Below are positions 6,697-13,923 of a DNA stretch of 13,923 nt, in pieces. Numbering within the stretch: position 1 is the stretch's first letter; each line of letters opens with the position of its first letter. A program made the position numbers and the translations under genes. The notes beneath the pieces are model-generated. The model saw nothing but the letters and a program-made list of their open reading frames with translations. It ran no database searches and was not told the DNA's origin. This DNA comes from Deltaproteobacteria bacterium (GTDB lineage Bacteria; Myxococcota_A; UBA9160; SMWR01), in NCBI GenBank assembly GCA_032128115.1, contig JAQBHB010000063.1, positions 1 through 13,923 of the forward strand. Direction: 5' to 3'.

Positions 6697-8253
6697 CTAG
6701 ATACCCTTGGGCTCGGAGACATCGTGCCGGCGCTTGTGCCAGGCAAGTTTGTTGATCGCGTGCACGTAGGCCTTGGCGCTGGCTACGATGATGTCCGGGT
6801 CGGCGCCGTGGCCGATCACGCGGCGACCGTCCTCGCAGACGGTCACCGACACCTCGCCCTGGGCATCCATGCCGCCCGTGATGGCATTCACCTGGAAGCG
6901 CAGCAGATCGCTCTTGGTTTCGGTGATCTCGGCGATGGCCTTGAAGACCGCATCCACGGGGCCCACGCCCAGGGCCGTGGCCTTGTGGGACTCGCCGTCG
7001 ATGAGGAGGGCCACGGTCGCGGTGGGCTTGGCGAAGGTTCCGCTCAAGACCGAGACCTCAGCGACCGCCAGGCGGTCGTCGCCGCGAATCGTCGTGTCCG
7101 CCACGATGGCTTCCAGGTCCTCGTTGAAGATCGTCTTCTTCTTGTCGGCCAGGTCCTTGAAGCGCCGGAAGGCCAGCTGGAACTCCTCGCCCTCGAGTTC
7201 CAGCCCCAGCTCGCTCAGGCGATCCCGGAAGGCGTGGCGCCCGGAGTGCTTGCCAAGCACCAGCTCGTTCGAGGGCCGGCCGATCGACTGCGGCGACATG
7301 ATTTCGTAGGTGATGGGGGCCTTCAGCACCCCGTCCTGGTGGATGCCCGCCTCGTGGGCGAAGGCGTTGTCGCCCACGATGGCCTTGTTGGGTTGTACCG
7401 GGATGCCGATGATGGACGAGAGCAGCCGGCTCGTGGCATAGATCTCGGTGGTATTGACCCTCGTGGCGATCCCGGCGAAGACGTCCGGCCGGGTCTTGAT
7501 CGCCATCACCACCTCTTCCATGGAGGTGTTGCCGGCGCGCTCGCCGATTCCGTTCATGGTGCACTCGATCTGGCGAGCGCCCGCCAGCACGGCGGCCAGA
7601 CTGTTGGCCACCGCGACCCCCAGATCGTCGTGGCAGTGAACGGCGAAGACCACGCCGTCGGCGCCGGGAACGTTCTCGCGCAGGTAGGTCACCAGCTGGG
7701 CAAACTCGGCGGGCTGGGTGTAGCCCACGGTGTCGGGCACGTTGAGCGTGGAGGCCCCGGCCCGGATCGCCACGTCGAAGACCTGCACGAGAAACTCCCA
7801 GTCGGAGCGGGTGGCGTCCTCGGCCGCGAACTCCACGTCGTCGCAGTAGCCCCGCGCCTGGCTCACGGCCCGCTCCACCTCGGCCAGCACCTGCTCGCGA
7901 TTCATGCGCAGCTTGTGCTCCATGTGGATGTCGCTGGTGGCGATGAAGGTGTGGATCCGCGGCCGGGCTGCGTCTTCCAGGGCCCGGGCCGCCCGCTCCA
8001 CGTCTTCCCTGGACGTGCGGGCCAGACCGCACACGCTGCACTCGCGAAGCTCGCGGGCCACCGCCCGCACCGCCTCGAAGTCGCCCTCGCTGGCGATGGG
8101 GAAGCCCGCCTCGATGACGTCCACGCCCAGGCGTTGCAGCTGGCGCCCCAGGGCCAGCTTCTCCGTCAGGTTCATGCTGCAGCCGGGAGCCTGTTCCCCG
8201 TCGCGCGGGGTCGTGTCGAAGATGCGGATGAAGTCGGTCTCGTGCTTGCTCAT
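6697..8253 (-). CDS. leuA: 2-isopropylmalate synthase
   Basis: FDTTPRDGEQAPG, EAGFP, HCHDDLG, NGIGERAGN, NKAIVGDNAFAHEAGIHQDG, LGKHSGR and a C-terminal regulatory domain (GPVDA); SD AAGGAAG. Confidence 0.96.
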   Translation of the reverse strand: MSKHETDFIRIFDTTPRDGEQAPGCSMNLTEKLALGRQLQRLGVDVIEAGFPIASEGDFEAVRAVARELRECSVCGLARTSREDVERAARALEDAARPRIHTFIATSDIHMEHKLRMNREQVLAEVERAVSQARGYCDDVEFAAEDATRSDWEFLVQVFDVAIRAGASTLNVPDTVGYTQPAEFAQLVTYLRENVPGADGVVFAVHCHDDLGVAVANSLAAVLAGARQIECTMNGIGERAGNTSMEEVVMAIKTRPDVFAGIATRVNTTEIYATSRLLSSIIGIPVQPNKAIVGDNAFAHEAGIHQDGVLKAPITYEIMSPQSIGRPSNELVLGKHSGRHAFRDRLSELGLELEGEEFQLAFRRFKDLADKKKTIFNEDLEAIVADTTIRGDDRLAVAEVSVLSGTFAKPTATVALLIDGESHKATALGVGPVDAVFKAIAEITETKSDLLRFQVNAITGGMDAQGEVSVTVCEDGRRVIGHGADPDIIVASAKAYVHAINKLAWHKRRHDVSEPKGI

Positions 8254-8301
8254 GGTCTTCCTTCTCGCGGGTCCCTGCGGTCCATGCGATGCGGCCCGCC
8301 C

Positions 8302-9132
8302 TCAGCTCTCGGCGGGCGTCGGCGGCGCGGTCTCGACGATCTCCTCCAACGGGCGCTTGGTCTGCCACCGCCACAGCCACTCGACCGGGCCCCACACAGT
8401 GTAGAGCACGCCCACCAGGAAGAGGCTCGGTGCCGGCTCCTGCACGATCAGGGCGAGGGCAAAGACCGCGCAGACCAGGGTCCCGAACGAGTGGCGCAGA
8501 TCGACCTCCTTGAAGCTGCGATACGGGATCGGGCTCACCATCAGCAGTCCCACCACGGCCACCCCGGCCGCGAGCGCCAGTTCGGGCACCTCCAGCACCA
8601 CTCCGCGCTCGCGCAGGAAGTCCCCGAAGAGCAGCGTAGTAGCCACCACTCCGGCTGCCGCGGGGCTCGGCAGCCCCTCGAAGCGCCCGCGGTAGCGGGG
8701 CTTGTTCACGTTGAATCGCGCCAGTCGCAGGGCCGCGCAGGCCGAGAACAGGAAGGCCATGATCCAGCCCGTGCGCCCAAGCACTTGCAGGTTGCCGGCA
8801 CTGAAGGCCAGCATGGCCGGGGCCACGCCGAATGACACCGTGTCGGCGATGGAGTCGTACTCGACGCCGAAGCGGCTGACGGACTTGGCCAGACGCGCCA
8901 CCCGGCCATCCAGGATGTCGCACACCATCGCCAGCACGATGGCCACGGCCGCCCGATCGGGCCGCCCCGTGAAGGCCTGCACGATGGCGTAGAAGCCGAA
9001 GAACAGGTTCGCGGTGGTGATCAGATGCGGCAGCAGGTAGAGGCCACGGCGCGGCCCCCGGCGTCGCCGCCTGCGCTTGCGGCCGATTCCGAAGCGTCCC
9101 CTGCGGGGAACGTCGTCTGTCGGTTCCGTCAC
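8302..9132 (-). CDS. pssA: CDP-diacylglycerol--serine O-phosphatidyltransferase (type II, CDP-alcohol phosphotransferase family)
   Basis: CDP-alcohol phosphotransferase motif DILDGRVAR...FGVEYDSIADTVSFGVAP, RLARFN, FEGLPSP; multiple hydrophobic segments; GTGA overlap with psd. Confidence 0.94.
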   Translation of the reverse strand: MTEPTDDVPRRGRFGIGRKRRRRRRGPRRGLYLLPHLITTANLFFGFYAIVQAFTGRPDRAAVAIVLAMVCDILDGRVARLAKSVSRFGVEYDSIADTVSFGVAPAMLAFSAGNLQVLGRTGWIMAFLFSACAALRLARFNVNKPRYRGRFEGLPSPAAAGVVATTLLFGDFLRERGVVLEVPELALAAGVAVVGLLMVSPIPYRSFKEVDLRHSFGTLVCAVFALALIVQEPAPSLFLVGVLYTVWGPVEWLWRWQTKRPLEEIVETAPPTPAES

Positions 9133-9836
9133 TCGTCAGCCTCTCGTGTCGCATCTTCGAGGCGCGCCAGCAGGCTGCTGCCACCCCGTACGCGATCCCC
9201 CCGCTTCACGCACACCTGGGTGCCCAGGGGCAGCACCACGTCCGTGCGCGACCCGAAGCGGATCAGCCCGTAGCGGACGCCGCGGCCCACCCACTCCCCC
9301 ACCTGGGGATGGCACACGATACGACGGGCAATCAGGCCGGTGATCTGGGCCACCTGGATGCGTTCCCCGAGAGCGGTTTCCAGGGTCATGGTACACCGCA
9401 CGTTCTGCGCCTCGGCCCTGCGGTCGAAAGCGGCCAGGAACTTCGTGCCCCCCCACGTAAGCGATCGCACGCGGCCCGCGACGGGGCAGCGATTCACGTG
9501 GACGTTGAAGACCGACAGGAAGATCCCGATGCGCAGGGCCTTCGATCCATCGGGCTGCTCGATCTCGCCCACTTCGAGCACGCGGCCGTCGGCGGGCGAC
9601 ACCACATCGCGTTCGTCGCCGGGGATCTCGCGCGGCGGGTTGCGGAAGAAGAAGGCCACGAACGCCGTCAGGCCCATCAGCACGAAGCCCACGACCTGCC
9701 AGCCCAGCACCCCCGCGAAGCCGGCCAGCACCAGGGGCGCGATGGCCAGCACGAAGGCGTCGCGAACGACGAGTTCGGTGGGGCGCTCCTCGAAGAGATG
9801 CGGCTCCGTCGCGGTCGTATCGCCGTGGTCGGCCAT
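9129..9836 (-). CDS. psd: Phosphatidylserine decarboxylase proenzyme (short PSD-A type)
   Basis: N-terminal TM segments, [33 protein letters not shown], self-cleavage motif IRFGSR; adjacent to pssA. Confidence 0.94.
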   Translation of the reverse strand: MADHGDTTATEPHLFEERPTELVVRDAFVLAIAPLVLAGFAGVLGWQVVGFVLMGLTAFVAFFFRNPPREIPGDERDVVSPADGRVLEVGEIEQPDGSKALRIGIFLSVFNVHVNRCPVAGRVRSLTWGGTKFLAAFDRRAEAQNVRCTMTLETALGERIQVAQITGLIARRIVCHPQVGEWVGRGVRYGLIRFGSRTDVVLPLGTQVCVKRGDRVRGGSSLLARLEDATREADE

Positions 9837-9837
9837 G

Positions 9838-10861
<1,024 letters not shown>

Positions 10862-10989
10862 GGCGGCTCGCTGCTCCCTGTGTGGATCCAGGGATCCTCC
10901 GGATCCGACGAATGCGGTGGACACCCCGTCCCAGGCCCGGAGCGTCTCCCGAACGTATCGAATTTCCAGCGGATTCGCGTGCCGCGGGC

Positions 10990-11712
10990 TCAGGCCGGGT
11001 CGGGGCCCTCGAAGCGAACGCCGGTCCGCACGACCTCGGCCTCGGCGCGCCGCAGATAGCGGGGCACCAGGGTCTGGGCCTCGATACCCGCGCCCGCGAG
11101 CCACAATTCGGCCCCCAACAGGCCCACCTGGCGCGCAAGCGGCTCGGCCGCGGGGGCCTGAACGCGCACTCCCACCCCCAGGCGCTGCTGCAGCCAGTCG
11201 CCACAGATCTCGACGCCCTCCCCCACCAGGACGCACGACGCGGGGATGCGCTCGGCCAGTGCCTCGCGGGTGTAGACGCCCTCCGGCAGCCAGTCGGCCG
11301 CCACCCCGGGTGTCTCGCTGCGGGCCGCCGCGTAGACCTCGCCACGGCGGGCGTCGAGCATGGCCACCGCGGGCAGCGTGGGGTCGGACGAGGTCCGGGC
11401 CAGTGCCGCCAGCGTGGGCACCGCCACCACGCAGGGTCCCGTTCGGAAGGCCAGACCCTTCACGCTGGCGATGCCGACGCGCAGGCTCGTGAACGAGCCC
11501 GGGCCGATCGAAACGGCGAAGACGTCCAGGCTCAGGAGCGGCACGTCGCAGCGGGCCAGCAAAGCGTCGAGTGCCGGCAGGAGCGCTTCGGCCGTGGCCA
11601 CGCCCGGCGTCGTCCACGCCTCGCCAAGCACCTGGCCACCGCGCAGCAACGCGAGCGAAGCGGTGCGGGTCGCGGTCTCGACAGCGAGGATCAGCGGCGC
11701 GGGGGCGCCCAT
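10990..11712 (-). CDS. tsaB: tRNA threonylcarbamoyladenosine biosynthesis protein TsaB
   Basis: [47 protein letters not shown]-terminal PRYLR. Confidence 0.93.
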   Translation of the reverse strand: MGAPAPLILAVETATRTASLALLRGGQVLGEAWTTPGVATAEALLPALDALLARCDVPLLSLDVFAVSIGPGSFTSLRVGIASVKGLAFRTGPCVVAVPTLAALARTSSDPTLPAVAMLDARRGEVYAAARSETPGVAADWLPEGVYTREALAERIPASCVLVGEGVEICGDWLQQRLGVGVRVQAPAAEPLARQVGLLGAELWLAGAGIEAQTLVPRYLRRAEAEVVRTGVRFEGPDPA

Positions 11713-11724
11713 GGGCTCGCGTTC

Positions 11725-13395
11725 CTACAGGCCGGCGCCGCGTCGCAGCCAGTCGACCACGCTCGACCAGTTGCGCGAGATGTCGTTCCAGAAGGCCAGT
11801 CCCATCAGCAGGATCAGCACGGTGAGGCCGAGCTGCTGCACGACTTCGCGGGTGCGCAGGGACAACGGACCGCGCCGCACTCCCTCCACGAGGAATACCA
11901 GGGCCTGCCCCCCGTCGAGAATCGGAATCGGCAGCAGGTTCAGGATTCCCAGGTTGATGCTGATCAGCACCATCACCTTGAGGTAGCTCTCCCAGCCGCG
12001 CCGGTAGGCGTCACCCGCCAGCTGGGCGATCCCGATGGGCCCGGCCAGTTGCTTGCGCGAGACCTCGCCAGTCACGAGCTTGCCCAGGCCGCGCAGGAAC
12101 GCGTGGGTGAGGTCGACCGTCATCCCCACGGCTCGCGGGAGCGACACCAGGGGGTTGCGCACGCGGTCGATGGCGATGCTACCCGGGAGCGCACGCTCGG
12201 CGGTGATGCCCACCATGTAGCGGGTCTCTTCGAGACCCATGCCGAGTTCGTAGGTGGTGAGTTCCGGGGTCACGTCGACCCTGCGCTGCACGCCATCGCG
12301 CGCCACATCGAGTTCGAGCGTGCGGCCCTCGCTGTCGCGAACCACCTCGGCGAACGCGCCGAAGCTTGCCACCGGCGCTCCGCCCACGGTCAGCACCACG
12401 TCGCCCGCTTCGAGTCCCGCGCGCGAGGCCGCCGAGTCCGGCGTAACGCCGGTGATCACCACGCTGGCGTACCCCACGCCCAGGGCGGCGGCGCTGCCCA
12501 GTGCCGGCACCCGGAGCGTGAGCTTCTCGGGCGGATCGCCGCTGCCGCGCTCGATCCCGAACTCGACTCGACCGGTTGTCCCAGCGGCCGCGTAGGCCGC
12601 CTCGAAGCGATACCAGTCGTCCGCGGGCTCGCCGGCCACGGAAATCACGCGATCGCCGGAGCGCAGGCCAGCCGCCCGCGCCGGCGCGTCGGACCCGGCG
12701 ATGGCGATTTGCGCGCGCGGCAGCGAGTCTTCCAGCCCGATCCAACCCAGGTCGCGGGTCGTACCGAATTCGTCGAGCCCCTGGCGCGCTCCGACCTCGA
12801 GTTGGGTGCGCTGTTCCGCACCATCGCGCCGGTAGACCAGTGTGGCCGTCCCGCCCGGGTTGGGGACGATGGCTCCCTCCAGATCTTCCCAGAAATCCAC
12901 CGGCTGGTCGTCGACCTGGACGATCTGATCGCCGGCCTCGATCCCGGCCACGGCAGCGGGCGAGCCGGCCTCCACGGTTCCCACCAGCGTGCCGCGTCGG
13001 TCGAGCCCGATGGCCAGGATCACCATGAACACCAACACCGGCAGCAGCAGGTTCATGGCCGGACCGGCGAAGACGATCGAAAGCTTCTGCCACAGGGGAC
13101 GCCCGGGCAGGGTCTCCGAGGGATGCGCCACCGCCTCCTCGTCGCTGGCGTCTTCCGTGTACTCGCCAAGCATCTTCACGAAGCCGCCCAGCGGGATCCA
13201 CGCAACCACGTATTCGGTGTGGCCGCGCTTCCAGCGCAGGCGATAGCGCCCGATTCCGATCGGATTGCCGAAGCCCAGGGAGAATTTGAGCACACGCACG
13301 CCGCAGGCCTTGGCCACCAGGAAGTGCCCCAGCTCGTGCACGAAGATCAGCACGCTCAGCATCATCACGAACGCGAACAGGTACTCGAGAGCCAT
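11725..13395 (-). CDS. rseP: RIP metalloprotease RseP (site-2 protease, M50 family) with three PDZ-like repeats
   Basis: From ATG 13395 (TGATG overlap with the dxr stop): [10 protein letters not shown] zinc motif, [38 protein letters not shown]; 556 aa; follows dxr. Confidence 0.95.
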   Translation of the reverse strand: MALEYLFAFVMMLSVLIFVHELGHFLVAKACGVRVLKFSLGFGNPIGIGRYRLRWKRGHTEYVVAWIPLGGFVKMLGEYTEDASDEEAVAHPSETLPGRPLWQKLSIVFAGPAMNLLLPVLVFMVILAIGLDRRGTLVGTVEAGSPAAVAGIEAGDQIVQVDDQPVDFWEDLEGAIVPNPGGTATLVYRRDGAEQRTQLEVGARQGLDEFGTTRDLGWIGLEDSLPRAQIAIAGSDAPARAAGLRSGDRVISVAGEPADDWYRFEAAYAAAGTTGRVEFGIERGSGDPPEKLTLRVPALGSAAALGVGYASVVITGVTPDSAASRAGLEAGDVVLTVGGAPVASFGAFAEVVRDSEGRTLELDVARDGVQRRVDVTPELTTYELGMGLEETRYMVGITAERALPGSIAIDRVRNPLVSLPRAVGMTVDLTHAFLRGLGKLVTGEVSRKQLAGPIGIAQLAGDAYRRGWESYLKVMVLISINLGILNLLPIPILDGGQALVFLVEGVRRGPLSLRTREVVQQLGLTVLILLMGLAFWNDISRNWSSVVDWLRRGAGL

Positions 13396-13923
13396 CAGGC
13401 CGCCTCGCCCACCCGGGCCAGCGATTCCAGCGCGCGCGCCCGGGCCCAGGCGTCGGCTTCCGCCACGTCGTCCAGATCGCGAAGCGCGCCGGCGCCGCTG
13501 CGGCCCGCGTGGGCCTCGAGCACCGCGGAGTTCACGCGGGCGATCGTGGGGAAGGCCACCTGCCCGGCCAGGAACGCAGCCACCGACACCTCGTTGGCAG
13601 CGTTCAGCACCGCGGGCGCCGCCTCGTCCGCTCGCAGGGCGGCGTAGGCCAGGTCGAGGCACGGGAAGCGCTTCGGGTCGGGCGTCTCGAAGTCGAGCCG
13701 ACCCAGTGCGGCGAGATCCAACCGCGGCAGATCCAGAGGCAGGCGCTCCGGGTAGGCCAGCGCCACGGCCAGGGGCACGCGCATGTCCGGCAGCCCCAGC
13801 TGGGCCAGCACCGAGCCATCGCAGTATTCCACCAGCGAGTGCACGATCGACTGGGGATGCACCACCACGTCGACCCGCTCCGGCGGGATGTCGAACAGCC
13901 AGCGGGCCTCGATCACCTCGAGC
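13395..13923 (-). CDS. dxr: 1-deoxy-D-xylulose 5-phosphate reductoisomerase, C-terminal part (5' end outside the window)
   Basis: [57 protein letters not shown]. Confidence 0.96.
   Translation of the reverse strand, partial: LEVIEARWLFDIPPERVDVVVHPQSIVHSLVEYCDGSVLAQLGLPDMRVPLAVALAYPERLPLDLPRLDLAALGRLDFETPDPKRFPCLDLAYAALRADEAAPAVLNAANEVSVAAFLAGQVAFPTIARVNSAVLEAHAGRSGAGALRDLDDVAEADAWARARALESLARVGEAA

Noticed and set aside
5554..6746. Long N-terminal extensions of the Usg-like gene (to 6489) and leuB (to 6746)
   Set aside because: They overlap upstream genes; family-like sequence begins at ATG 5553 and ATG 6635, which have a coupling overlap or an SD.
7058..9184. 708-aa minus-strand ORF overlapping pssA and leuA
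   Set aside because: Arg/Gly/Ala/Pro-rich off-frame translation typical of GC-rich coding DNA.
10968..10986. Sigma54-like CGGCACG...CCGC upstream of ilvC
   Set aside because: The GG to GC spacing is 11 nt rather than the required 10, and the TTGC element is absent.

Overview
High-GC (roughly 70% by eye) bacterial housekeeping region; every supportable gene is on the minus strand. In transcription order (right to left): dxr (partial), rseP, tsaB, ilvC (frameshifted), psd, pssA, leuA, leuB, an Asd/Usg-like gene, truA, rplM, rpsI, argC, a short Nudix-family gene and pyrG (partial, missing from the ORF track because it runs off the left edge). The gene order resembles deltaproteobacteria/Myxococcota-type lineages (recollection, not a database result). 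I see no mobile element, CRISPR array, RNA gene or clearly novel multi-gene system. The main oddities are: a Nudix gene that appears to lack the segment after its Nudix box; a +1 homopolymer frameshift in ilvC; an Asd homologue without its catalytic Cys; a structured argC-Nudix intergenic region containing a small coupled ORF; an intrinsic terminator directly upstream of the argC ribosome-binding site; a three-PDZ RseP; and no ilvD/ilvBN/leuCD in the branched-chain amino acid cluster.
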